The notes beneath the pieces were generated by a model, which saw only the letters and a program-made list of their open reading frames with translations, ran no database searches and was not told the DNA's origin. Shown here in pieces: positions 17,669 to 27,252 of a DNA stretch of 38,003 nucleotides. The DNA lies in assembly GCA_044225505.1 (NCBI GenBank), contig JBGAIN010000077.1:1-38003 (forward strand). Reading direction: 5' to 3'. Origin of the DNA: Limisphaerales bacterium (GTDB taxonomy: Bacteria > Verrucomicrobiota > Verrucomicrobiia > Limisphaerales > SIBE01). The position numbers were made by a program, and so were the translations under genes. The stretch's first letter is position 1. Every line of letters begins with the position of its first letter.

Positions 17669-19792
17669 ATGGGGAGTAAGTCCAACCCACCTAATCATTC
17701 GTTCCACCCGGTCCTCTGGGGGTTGGTTGCGTGGATTCTTTCGCTGGCGGCAGCCCATGCTGTGCCCCCCACCGCTGAATTGCAGGTCACCGGCTACGGT
17801 TTCTTCGGTAACCGCAATCTCAAAAAGTCATTGACGCTACTTCAAACGCCTGGCGGCCCGGCAGAATCTTTCAGTGCCAACTTCGTCGAGGACGGGGTCT
17901 TGATCCTAATGTCTCAATTAAACCGAGACGGGTATCTAAAGCCTATGGTTCGAGCCGTTGTCACGCGAACCGACAGCCAAGTTGAAGAGTACGAGTGGAC
18001 TAAACCCGTCGCGGACCAACCGCTGCCTCGACCACTTGAGGCGAAGAAGGTCGAATTCCAAATCAACGAGGGAGTTCTTTACTACTTTCGCACCATTCAA
18101 TTCCAGGGGTCTTTACCGATATCGGATAGACAGGCACAGGGCTACTTTGTGGAGGCAGGCGGTCTGCTCTCTCTAAAACAAACCCGAGTTTACTCCATAA
18201 GCCGCCTCCAGCACGGATTAAGTAGTCTCGTGGAGGTTCTCAATCGCCGAGGTTTCGAGAGCGGGCTCGCCGAGGTCACATCTCAGAACATCGACGATCA
18301 TAGCGGTGCAGTGGACCTGACAATCAGGATCGCCCCTGGCCCACGATCTCTGGTCCGGACGATTCGTCAAGAGTACTTCAGTGAAGGCGCTGATAAACCT
18401 GGGCGAGTCAGCGTCAGCCAAACGAACGCGCCGTATTCGCGGGTCTGGGTTCAGGATTTTGCACAGCAGCTTCGAGCCACTAATTTCCACCTCGGCTATC
18501 CGGACACACACGTTGAGATCAGCCAAACGCACCGGGAAACGGTTGGCCCGCTTGTCTACATTGATTTGCTCGCGCAAGTTCGGAGCGGTCCACGAATTCA
18601 ACTGCGGGAGGTCCATTTTGAAGGACAGAAAAAGACAAAGCTCAGGGTGATGGAACGTCGGGCGCGACTCGAGGAAGGAGAGAACCTCGATCGGATCGAA
18701 GTGGAAGGAGCCCGATTTCGCTTGAGTCGACTCGGCGTCTTTAATTCCGTTGACCTTTCTTATTCGAACATAGACGAACACACGCGTGACGTCACCTATC
18801 AGGTCACCGAGGGGAAACGAATTGATTTCAGCTTGCTGGCCGGATTTGGAAGCTACGAGTTGTTACGTGGAGGGCTTGAACTGAATCAGAATAATGTGCT
18901 CGGCCGCGCGCACCATGCCCGCTTGCGGCTGATCCAGTCCTTCAAAGCGTCCTACGGAGAGTATCTCTACACCATGCCCGAGTTTGTGGGTCGGGACCTT
19001 GACGTGTTTTTCAATGGCTCGGCCTTGCGTCGCGAGGAAATCGACTTTACGCGTGAAGAGTTTGGCGGAGGATTTGGGGTCAGCAAATTCGTATCAACCC
19101 TCGAAAGCGACGTGCGCGTCCGCTATCACTACGAGGTTCTTAATGCCGCGGCCGCGGAACTCACTGGCGAAGAAGGCCTAACCTCTGCGAACGTCGGGGC
19201 CTTCGTCGGTGAGATTCGACATGATCGCCAGGATAACCCTCTCTACCCAAGGCGTGGATACAAGATTTTTGGAACGTTAGAACTTGCCTCGGATTACCTC
19301 GCAGGCGACGTCAATTACCAGCGGTTCGAATTGAACACTGCGTATCATCAACCCCTCGACTCGGGGCGCTGGCTGCACTTGGGTCTGAGCCATGGGGCGG
19401 TGTTCACTTTGGGAAGTCCCGCCGAAGATCTTCCCTTCAATCGCAGGTTCTTTCCGGGAGGCGATACCTCGATCCGAGGATATCAGCAAGGCGAAGCAGC
19501 TCCTCGTAATGCTCGTGGAAAGCTCGTTGGCGCGGAAAGCTACCTCTTCGGGAGCGTTGAGTTTGAACAAGCCCTGACGACGGCTTGGTCAGCTGTGGCG
19601 TTCCTCGATACTGTCAGCTTTGCCCAACATCTCCATGATTATCCCTTTAACGAAACCCTGTTTTCGGTCGGCGGCGGGCTGCGGTGGCGAACCCTGCTAG
19701 GACCTATCCGTCTGGAATACGGCTACAACTTGAACCGCCGAGAACGGGACCCAGTCGGAACAATTCAAGTCTCGGTAGGATTTCCGTTCTAG
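17669..19792 (+). CDS. Omp85 family outer membrane protein (TamA/BamA-like) with POTRA domains
   Basis: Signal peptide, POTRA-like repeats, barrel motifs RFFPGGDTSIRGY, GGGLRWRTLLGPIRLEYGYNL, and terminal F. Adjacency to tamB favours TamA-like. Confidence 0.9.
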   Translation: MGSKSNPPNHSFHPVLWGLVAWILSLAAAHAVPPTAELQVTGYGFFGNRNLKKSLTLLQTPGGPAESFSANFVEDGVLILMSQLNRDGYLKPMVRAVVTRTDSQVEEYEWTKPVADQPLPRPLEAKKVEFQINEGVLYYFRTIQFQGSLPISDRQAQGYFVEAGGLLSLKQTRVYSISRLQHGLSSLVEVLNRRGFESGLAEVTSQNIDDHSGAVDLTIRIAPGPRSLVRTIRQEYFSEGADKPGRVSVSQTNAPYSRVWVQDFAQQLRATNFHLGYPDTHVEISQTHRETVGPLVYIDLLAQVRSGPRIQLREVHFEGQKKTKLRVMERRARLEEGENLDRIEVEGARFRLSRLGVFNSVDLSYSNIDEHTRDVTYQVTEGKRIDFSLLAGFGSYELLRGGLELNQNNVLGRAHHARLRLIQSFKASYGEYLYTMPEFVGRDLDVFFNGSALRREEIDFTREEFGGGFGVSKFVSTLESDVRVRYHYEVLNAAAAELTGEEGLTSANVGAFVGEIRHDRQDNPLYPRRGYKIFGTLELASDYLAGDVNYQRFELNTAYHQPLDSGRWLHLGLSHGAVFTLGSPAEDLPFNRRFFPGGDTSIRGYQQGEAAPRNARGKLVGAESYLFGSVEFEQALTTAWSAVAFLDTVSFAQHLHDYPFNETLFSVGGGLRWRTLLGPIRLEYGYNLNRRERDPVGTIQVSVGFPF

Positions 19793-19857
19793 CTCCGCTT
19801 TGCTGGCTGGACATTGACACAGGATTCATCGCAAAATCCGCGACTGCTGTTCTCATT

Positions 19858-20571
19858 ATGCAACACTCGCTCTCACGCCGACCTGACCGATGGCCGCTGC
19901 TCGTTCCCATTTTGGCCCTGTGGACTGCTGTGTCCAGCCCCGGGGCGGATCATCCGGAACCCAAAGTGATTAACCCGGGCCCCCCCCCTTCGGACGCGAT
20001 TGTCCTATTTGATGGGAGCGACCTGTCAAAATGGGATGGAGAAAAAGGTGCTCCTCCGAAATGGGTAGTTAAGGATGGCTATGCCGAAGTTAACGGGACG
20101 GGGAGTATCTCGACCAAGGAGGAGTTTGGAGATGTGCAACTCCACGTCGAGTGGGCTGCCCCTGAGAAGGTCGTCGGGGATGGGCAGGGGCGTGGCAACA
20201 GCGGGGTTTACCTGCAAGGCCGCTACGAGATCCAGGTCCTGGACTCGTTCCAGAATAAGACCTATGCCGACGGTCAAGCGGGCGCGTTCTATGGCAACTT
20301 TCCTCCTCTGGTGAACGCCTCTCGCAAACCTGGTGAATGGCAATCTTACGACATTATCTTCCAAGCACCTCGACCCTCTGCCGACGGTAAGGGCGTTGAA
20401 CCTGGCTACTTTACCGTCCTGCACAATGGTGTGCTGGTGCAAAATCACGTGCTGGTCAAATCCTCCACGACGGCCGCCGCGTTCCACGGCGCGGTGCTGA
20501 AAGCGCCACTAATTCTCCAAGACCACGGAAACCCAGTCCGATATCGGAATATTTGGATTCGTCGATTGTAG
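19858..20571 (+). CDS. DUF1080 (3-keto-disaccharide hydrolase/lyase family) protein, exported
   Basis: Signal peptide, PPSDAIVLFDGSDLSKW, HVEW, GNSGVYLQGRYEIQVLDS, LQDHGNPVRYRNIWIRRL. Confidence 0.9.
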   Translation: MQHSLSRRPDRWPLLVPILALWTAVSSPGADHPEPKVINPGPPPSDAIVLFDGSDLSKWDGEKGAPPKWVVKDGYAEVNGTGSISTKEEFGDVQLHVEWAAPEKVVGDGQGRGNSGVYLQGRYEIQVLDSFQNKTYADGQAGAFYGNFPPLVNASRKPGEWQSYDIIFQAPRPSADGKGVEPGYFTVLHNGVLVQNHVLVKSSTTAAAFHGAVLKAPLILQDHGNPVRYRNIWIRRL

Positions 20572-20600
20572 TTCGTTTGCCAGTCCACTCCATTCAGCTG

Positions 20601-21413
20601 ATGCCCACGATGAAAAGGCGCAAGTTCATCAAATCGGCACTGGTCGCCACCGGGTTGGCCGCCGGACCGCTAACAGCGCAGCTACGCGCACACAATTCCG
20701 AAGCTCCGGGGCGTGAGTTTTATGAACTCCGGCTATACCATCTTCGTCGCGGTCCGAAACAGAAGTTGTTCGACGACTTCTTTCGTGAGGCCTCAATCCC
20801 AGCAATGAACCGCGCCGGATTGGGCCCGATTGGCGCATTCAACGTCATGGCAGGGCCCGATAGCCCTACCGTTTATGTTCTGATTCCTCACAAGACAATG
20901 GAATCGGTTGCCACCGCTACGGATCGTTTCCGATCGGACCCTGACTATGTGAAGCTTGGGGCCGAGTTCATCGAAGCAACCGCCGCCGACCCTGCCTACG
21001 TGCGCGTCGAAAGTTCCTTGATGATCGCGTTCGAAACTATGCCAAAATTGGAGATTCCCGCGAACACAGCCGAGAAAAAGCCGCGCATCTTCGAACTTCG
21101 GACCTACGAAAGCCACAGCAAAAAGGCGAACAAGAAGAAGATCGAGATGTTCAATCGGGGCGAGTTATCGCTCTTCCGGCGTGCCGGGCTAGCACCGGTG
21201 TTCTTTGGCGAGACTTTGATCGGGAGCAAGCTTCCCAATCTGACTTACATGCTTGCGTTCGATGACATGGCAGCCCACGACAAGAATTGGAGCCGGTTTG
21301 CATCCGATCCCGAGTGGAAGAAGTTGAGTTCCACTCCAGGCTATACTGACGCAGAAATCGTAACCAATATTAGTAACATTTTTCTGCGCCCGACGGCTTA
21401 CTCTCAACTCTGA
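20601..21413 (+). CDS. Tat-exported tandem NIPSNAP-domain protein
   Basis: MKRRKFIK twin-arginine leader; two NIPSNAP repeats (FYELRLY, IFELRTYES) and C-terminal FLRPTAYSQL. Start is 20601 or 20610. Confidence 0.88.
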   Translation: MPTMKRRKFIKSALVATGLAAGPLTAQLRAHNSEAPGREFYELRLYHLRRGPKQKLFDDFFREASIPAMNRAGLGPIGAFNVMAGPDSPTVYVLIPHKTMESVATATDRFRSDPDYVKLGAEFIEATAADPAYVRVESSLMIAFETMPKLEIPANTAEKKPRIFELRTYESHSKKANKKKIEMFNRGELSLFRRAGLAPVFFGETLIGSKLPNLTYMLAFDDMAAHDKNWSRFASDPEWKKLSSTPGYTDAEIVTNISNIFLRPTAYSQL

Positions 21414-21467
21414 TCGGACGAACTACGAAGTGCTTCTCGAATTGGCAGCAACACGCGCGCGCTTCGA

Positions 21468-21821
21468 ATGGACCTGATTATCATTCGAGATCTCGAAGTC
21501 TCTTACCACGTGGGCATCTCCGACCGCGAGCGCGACCGCGCTCAATGTTTGTTGCTCACGTTGGAGATTGAACATGATCTGTCCCCCGCAGCGGAATCCG
21601 ACGACATCGATAAGACCATCAACTATTATGACGTCTGCCAGCGGCTCATCCATTTCGGTGAAGGTCGCAGCTGGAACCTTATTGAATCGTTAGCCCGCGA
21701 TCTCGGAATCCTGCTGGCAACGGAATTCGGAGCACTCAAGAGCACCGTCGAGGTGAAGAAGTTCATCATCCCCGAGGCACAATACGTTGCCGTCCGAATG
21801 GTTCACTCGGTAGAAAAGTAG
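21468..21821 (+). CDS. folB: Dihydroneopterin aldolase
   Basis: MDLIIIRDL, HVGISDRER...Q, SDDIDKTINY, NLIESLA, VEVKK; 117 aa. Confidence 0.92.
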   Translation: MDLIIIRDLEVSYHVGISDRERDRAQCLLLTLEIEHDLSPAAESDDIDKTINYYDVCQRLIHFGEGRSWNLIESLARDLGILLATEFGALKSTVEVKKFIIPEAQYVAVRMVHSVEK

Positions 21822-21976
21822 CGCACTCCGAACATTGACCGGGTGGGGCATCTTCAAAGACCATTCGACATTGTCGCAATCTCGTAACCTTGGGCGGCGG
21901 CCGTGGAATGTCTCCCGCTCAAACTCTCCGCCAACTCTAAACGCGCCGTCGCCACGATTCGGCCCTTCACAAGGAA

Positions 21977-23008
21977 TCAGGGTTCTCTAAAATACGGTTG
22001 AGATCGTGCCTGTCGAACTGCCTCACAGCAGGTCAGAGCGGCTGTGCATAGTTTCAGCCAATGAACAATCGGCACGGGGCCAAGAACAACATTCGCAAGA
22101 AGATCCACTCCATGCAGGGAAATAGCTGTGCCACCGGCGATCCCAACCAACGATGTCAAGCCAAACAAGGTCGTTGCTTGGCCTCGAAGAACCTCGGACC
22201 GAATACTCGCGATCAACAGACACAATAGCCCCACGCTCAGAATGAAAGTGACCAATGTCTGCGCGAAATGACGTCGTTGATAAGAGTCGTGCGCGACAGA
22301 AATGGCGCGCGCGGCGTGAGCGATTCGGAAATCAAACTGTCCGCATTCCCAAACCGCGGCGCCGAGGCACAAGAGTGCGATTGTTCTCCCAATCAATCGT
22401 TCAGATCGCGACTCCAATCGCACTGCCGGCGCCCAAGGTCGCCGCACCCAGATAAGTCCACTCCCAATCCAAAAGCATCCGACCAGCCATCCAAACGCGG
22501 TCGAGACAGAAGGAACAAAACTCGGCCTTTCTGGTTCAAAAACCTGTAAGACCCTCCAGGACCCGAGACGCTGCTCTCCAGGAAAGACGGGAATCGACTC
22601 AGTCGTAACAGACCACGCGCGATCGTCCCAGTTGTCCGTTTCGCCAGCCCAAATTACGCCGTGGACAGATCCCAGATGCGGCCGGTTAGGCAGCGGCATG
22701 TCGAATGAATACGCATGACCAACTTCTTGAATCGCCTGCGGCGGGCTCAAGCTCAAAAATCCGCGTGATTCACGATGGGTATCTTTCCAATGAAGATCGA
22801 GACGAAGAAAGCCTCCTGTGAGTTGAGTCCGGACCGTCACGCGAATGGGCAAGACATGGTCAATCTGGCCATGGGCGGGAGCTTCCACCACAAGCCATGT
22901 GGCACGGGCTGGCTGTCGAAGTGACCCAACAGCCAAAGCTCCTAGGACTAGCAGCGTCAAGCTCATGGAGGCCCACCATAGTGCAGTCGACAGAAAACGG
23001 TCGTTCAA
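21977..23008 (-). CDS. Hypothetical multi-pass membrane protein
   Basis: 343-aa ORF filling the gap between folB and the next gene: one N-terminal TM, a soluble beta-like segment, then about five hydrophobic helices; TTG start is uncertain. Confidence 0.6.
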   Translation of the reverse strand: MNDRFLSTALWWASMSLTLLVLGALAVGSLRQPARATWLVVEAPAHGQIDHVLPIRVTVRTQLTGGFLRLDLHWKDTHRESRGFLSLSPPQAIQEVGHAYSFDMPLPNRPHLGSVHGVIWAGETDNWDDRAWSVTTESIPVFPGEQRLGSWRVLQVFEPERPSFVPSVSTAFGWLVGCFWIGSGLIWVRRPWAPAVRLESRSERLIGRTIALLCLGAAVWECGQFDFRIAHAARAISVAHDSYQRRHFAQTLVTFILSVGLLCLLIASIRSEVLRGQATTLFGLTSLVGIAGGTAISLHGVDLLANVVLGPVPIVHWLKLCTAALTCCEAVRQARSQPYFREP

Positions 23009-23095
23009 GGAACGAGAGAATTCACTCCTATACCTCGTCCGTCAAACCTAGATTGCCAGCAGAACGTCCCAACAACAGGCCTGTCTAATCGACTG

Positions 23096-23764
23096 ATGAC
23101 GACGAGTCCCTCTAACAAGTCTCAAGTCCTGGCTGTGGCAAGTCTAGTCTTAGGTGTCGTTGCAGTGATGTGCTTTGGACTGCTTGCCGGCGTTCCCGCC
23201 ATCATTCTCGGACACATGGCTCATCGCCAAATTCGCCGAGACCCGGACCGATATGGCGGCCGAGGATTAGCGATTGCCGGCTTCGCTTTGGGCTATTTGA
23301 GCATCATCACCAGTCTGATCCTGGCCGGTTTGCTCTTGCCAGCTTTGGCAAAATATAAGGAACGAGCTCAATCGATTGCCTGCGCGAACAATCTTAAACA
23401 ATTGGGCCTGGCATTTCGCGTCTGGTCAAGCGATCATGGAGGCAATTATCCATTCGCGACGTCCACCAACCTTCCCGCCCAAAACCTAACATCAGAAGAG
23501 CGGGCGGAAGACTCAGAAATCCAAGCTCTTTCGGCATTGAAGCGACTGACCGCGGAGATTCCTGCCCCTGGAATACTCGTTTGTCCGGCCGACGGTTCAA
23601 AGCGCCCAGCGGCGAGCATGAGTCGGCTCACCGGCGCCAATGTCAGTTACGAGATTGAATCCGGCCCTGACGTAAACGAACGTAACCCAGGACAAATACT
23701 CGCGCGTTGCCCCATCCACGACCACGAGCTACTCTGCGATGGCAGTGTCCAGTACGGCCGTTGA
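23096..23764 (+). CDS. DUF4190 membrane domain fused to a PVC-type pilin-like domain
   Basis: LAVASLVLG...AIILGHMA..QI...GRGLAIAG..LGY (DUF4190), then LLLPALAK.KERA..IACANNLKQLGLA...YP, CPAD, and terminal H...CDGSV. Confidence 0.82.
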   Translation: MTTSPSNKSQVLAVASLVLGVVAVMCFGLLAGVPAIILGHMAHRQIRRDPDRYGGRGLAIAGFALGYLSIITSLILAGLLLPALAKYKERAQSIACANNLKQLGLAFRVWSSDHGGNYPFATSTNLPAQNLTSEERAEDSEIQALSALKRLTAEIPAPGILVCPADGSKRPAASMSRLTGANVSYEIESGPDVNERNPGQILARCPIHDHELLCDGSVQYGR

Positions 23765-23850
23765 CAATAAGCAGCCACTGCTGAAGCGGCAGTTCTGCCA
23801 GGGGACGGGCGACAATGGCCACGCTATTTCTCCTGAAACGAGGCGGTCGC

Positions 23851-26800
23851 CTAAGAGAGGACAATTTCTAGCACCTGTCCAGCCGTCAGCAAAACATCGG
23901 CCGCGAGCGAAACCTCAGCGCGTGTGCCAGTGACGCGCAATGAGGCTTCCACAGTTTTACCTTGCGCCTGAACTTTCGCCGTCGTGGCTGCAATTCCAGC
24001 CACCAGAGCGAAGGAAAGGGATTTTATGCGAAGCCTGCCCCATTTCAATTCGAGTGATTCCAATTGAACGGTCCCATCCAATCTCTGCGAAAATGTCCCC
24101 CATCCTTCGGCAACGGTGAAAGGTGCACGAAAATCCTCTGGTGTCAATCGAGGGGCAAATCCAAGGTGCCCTTTCGGGCCATGATATTCGTACCCGCACG
24201 CTGCTAGGAATACTCCGTAACTCATCATCGCTCGTGAATAGTGATCCGAGCATTCCACTTCGTTATACGGATTGCGCTTGGAAGCATTATATCGGTCGTG
24301 GATCGTTCTAGTGACCGCCAACGATTCAAGAATGAACCCCTCCCACATGAGATGCGCCGCGACCTGGTATTCAAAACCGGTCATGCACTCATTGAAATAC
24401 CCCACAAAGGTCGGGTCCCCTCGCCCGGGCGCTTTCTCTCCTCCCCCTTTGGGCCATGTGCACATCAGCAAACCGCCTTCGCCAGGCATAGCGTACCAGC
24501 GTCCGCTCGTAATCGCTTTGAAATTCTTCCGATATGGACCGATGTCAGGAGTGAAATTATACCGCCAAAGAGCTCGCAACGCCGAAACGCATTCCTTTTC
24601 GGGGACGACTCGTTCTAATCCCAACTGCCAAGCGTAGCTCTGTCCAAAGACCTGGTCGATATGACACCCCTCGTTGGTGTTGATTGCTTCCGGATGCGCC
24701 GGATCCGGCTTATGAATGAAATACTCCCCGTTGAACAGCTGCTTGACCAGGTTTGCTCGTCCTGCGTCCAAAATGCGGGAGCACCGCTTAGCCATTTCTT
24801 CGTCCGCCATTTCTAGCGCCATGCTTCGCCCTGCGGCGAGAGCAGCCAGGTAGAGCGAGCTGATCCAAGCCATGGGCCCGTACCAAGCCGCATCAAGAGT
24901 ATTGTACTGTTCACCCTCGATGATACCGTTGTCATCCTTGTCCTGTGCGATTAAAAACTCGATTGACTTGCGGACACGCGGCCAGACGCGTCTCAAGAAG
25001 CCGCTGTCCCAAGACGTCTGATGTTCGCGGTAGACCCGAAGCAGCGTCCCCGCGAATCCATCGTGGGCGACATTCTTGCCATTTTCTGCCCGGTAGTCCA
25101 TGGCTCCGTCCTCGTGCCAAGCTAAGCCGAAGTCAACTCTCTCCCGTAAATCTCGCTCCAGCTGGGGAAAGATTCGCCCCATGGACTGGGCGTACTGCCA
25201 GACATGCTGGCAAGTTCCAGGACAACAATCCACTCCTTCCCAACCGTAAAAGCGGCCGTTATCAAACCAGTGGCAGGTAGTGGTCGCCAAGGTGTCGATC
25301 GTCACAAATGTTCGATCCAGAAACCAGTACGGCAAGGTGGAGTCATACCAGGTCTGGTTCCAGAGCCGAGTCTGAGCGGAGAGCGAATCGAAGTGGCGTG
25401 TAACGTGCGACGCCACGTCCCCAGCCGAGCTGAAGTGCTTGCCGTACCGGCGCCGGAGCTTAGCGATTTCCGGAATAGCCGCCATTTCGCCAGTCGCCAA
25501 CGCATACGATGGAAAGTACCAGGTCAGCAGAAAGGTCACCGTGGCATTTTCATTAGGCTTGAGCGCGACTCGCCGCCCCAAAGCACCGACTAGCTTTTGC
25601 CCAAAACGCGTTGTCACGGAAGGGGCTGGATTCCGGTCATGCAGAGCGCTAAAGACAGTCTCCGCCGTCACTGGCGTCCCCACGGCGGCCACGCCGGCAT
25701 CGCCTCGTTGATTTCCGAGCATTGCCAACGAGAGCGATCCGAATCCAGGGAGGTGATCCAAGCGCTTCCCGCTAGGCACCTCGTCTGTAAAAACAATCTC
25801 GTCGACTCCGATATTCCCCCAACCGCCCCGTTCCTGGTCGACAATTTGCAGCTTTGCAATTTTCCCGAGCCAGCCGCTAACATCGAAGCAATCGCGTCGC
25901 ATTCGGTTGTCGTTCTGGCCGGTCGCCGTAGCGACGACAACACCATCAACGATTAAGTTCAGGCAGGTTTTACCCGCATGATTGCCACCACCGATCGAAA
26001 AAGCGATGAAATCCCTTTCAATGGTAAACGCTTTGCTCGTTAGAGTCCCGACATGCGCATCGCCCTGCGAGACATTCTCACCTTGCCGGACGTTATGAGA
26101 ATTGACGACCCGTTTCCCCTGCCCCCCCACATCCCCTTGGTAGCGGGGAATCTTGTTTTTCTCGACCGGCCCCACGCCGAAAGCCGTTCCTTCTGAAGTC
26201 CAGCCTTCATACGATTCTCGCTCGAAGGATTCGAAAGTGATATCGGGTCGCCTCTCGCGTCGTCCGCGAGCGGGAGGCGGCTCGGCGCTGCATTCCAGGA
26301 GCAAGGCACGATCGCGGCGGGAAATGCGATTACGGCGGATACCCAAGGCAGGCTGATCGTCGAACGGACAAACGGCGTTCTGCAACCAGCCTGCGATTTC
26401 GACTTCGATTTTATAGGCACTCGTATTCTTAAATGTGAACTGCATGACAGTTGCCGGCAGGCTTGAGGACTCTGGGTCTAATGGAATAAACGGCGAGTAC
26501 GCCTCCAGATCGACACTGACCGGCAAGGCGGGATCCCGATACTGGATTCTCGCCACTGGATACTCCCCTCGAAAGGAAATCTCGGAAAACCCGCCTCGAT
26601 CCAGTTCTCGAAAGACTTTCTTGCCTTCGGCACTAATCATGAGTGCGAATCCTTGATCGACAGTGGAGACGGGCTCCATCGGTTTGGCATAGTGCGCCCC
26701 GGTTGTAACGGAAGCGTAATCTGTCGAGTAATTTGGCTTGAAAATCTGCCAGCACCAAAGCTTGCCCTCGCCGCCGAGGTATAACTGTCCGCAACCAATC

Positions 26801-27114
26801 CCACCGATTGGCATCCCAATATAGCGAAGCTCCGATTTTCGCCATACCTGCGGTTGGCCACGATCGAACAAGGAGTTGACCCAGTCGCGGTTCAAGCGTT
26901 TGTCGGACGGGACGAGTTTTTCAAAATCCTCGGCCGTGAAAGGTCCTGCCGCCGCGGCGGACCAGGGAGAAAAATGCAGCCCCAGCGCGGTCAGTGCAGA
27001 CGCCCGGAGGAAGTCACGGCGCGGCATGGCCTCCGCGAAAGGCTTATTTCCAGAACACTGGCCATCACGAGAGCTTTCATTCTGCTTATTCAACGGTTGC
27101 CCTTTGTCACGCAT
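23851..27114 (-). CDS. GH116 family glycoside hydrolase (GBA2-like), Tat-exported, with inserted beta-sandwich domain
   Basis: PRRDFL Tat motif, IGMPIGGIGCG, GEYP, AYSPFIP...SSLP, FYGWEG, QYNTLD, CHIDQVFGQ, ECMTGFEY, RNPYNEVECSDHYSRAM. Start is 27114 or 27027. Confidence 0.88.
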   Translation of the reverse strand: MRDKGQPLNKQNESSRDGQCSGNKPFAEAMPRRDFLRASALTALGLHFSPWSAAAAGPFTAEDFEKLVPSDKRLNRDWVNSLFDRGQPQVWRKSELRYIGMPIGGIGCGQLYLGGEGKLWCWQIFKPNYSTDYASVTTGAHYAKPMEPVSTVDQGFALMISAEGKKVFRELDRGGFSEISFRGEYPVARIQYRDPALPVSVDLEAYSPFIPLDPESSSLPATVMQFTFKNTSAYKIEVEIAGWLQNAVCPFDDQPALGIRRNRISRRDRALLLECSAEPPPARGRRERRPDITFESFERESYEGWTSEGTAFGVGPVEKNKIPRYQGDVGGQGKRVVNSHNVRQGENVSQGDAHVGTLTSKAFTIERDFIAFSIGGGNHAGKTCLNLIVDGVVVATATGQNDNRMRRDCFDVSGWLGKIAKLQIVDQERGGWGNIGVDEIVFTDEVPSGKRLDHLPGFGSLSLAMLGNQRGDAGVAAVGTPVTAETVFSALHDRNPAPSVTTRFGQKLVGALGRRVALKPNENATVTFLLTWYFPSYALATGEMAAIPEIAKLRRRYGKHFSSAGDVASHVTRHFDSLSAQTRLWNQTWYDSTLPYWFLDRTFVTIDTLATTTCHWFDNGRFYGWEGVDCCPGTCQHVWQYAQSMGRIFPQLERDLRERVDFGLAWHEDGAMDYRAENGKNVAHDGFAGTLLRVYREHQTSWDSGFLRRVWPRVRKSIEFLIAQDKDDNGIIEGEQYNTLDAAWYGPMAWISSLYLAALAAGRSMALEMADEEMAKRCSRILDAGRANLVKQLFNGEYFIHKPDPAHPEAINTNEGCHIDQVFGQSYAWQLGLERVVPEKECVSALRALWRYNFTPDIGPYRKNFKAITSGRWYAMPGEGGLLMCTWPKGGGEKAPGRGDPTFVGYFNECMTGFEYQVAAHLMWEGFILESLAVTRTIHDRYNASKRNPYNEVECSDHYSRAMMSYGVFLAACGYEYHGPKGHLGFAPRLTPEDFRAPFTVAEGWGTFSQRLDGTVQLESLELKWGRLRIKSLSFALVAGIAATTAKVQAQGKTVEASLRVTGTRAEVSLAADVLLTAGQVLEIVLS

Positions 27115-27252
27115 CAAGAATTGAGTGTGACAAAAGGATCGACCGCTGTCACGCGAGTGGTGGCAAAAAGCCGCTACGGAACATCCAACGGAGTCGCTGC
27201 GCTGGCCAGGTAACGCCAATTGCAGCGGAAGCGGTGCTCTGGGGCAGGATTG

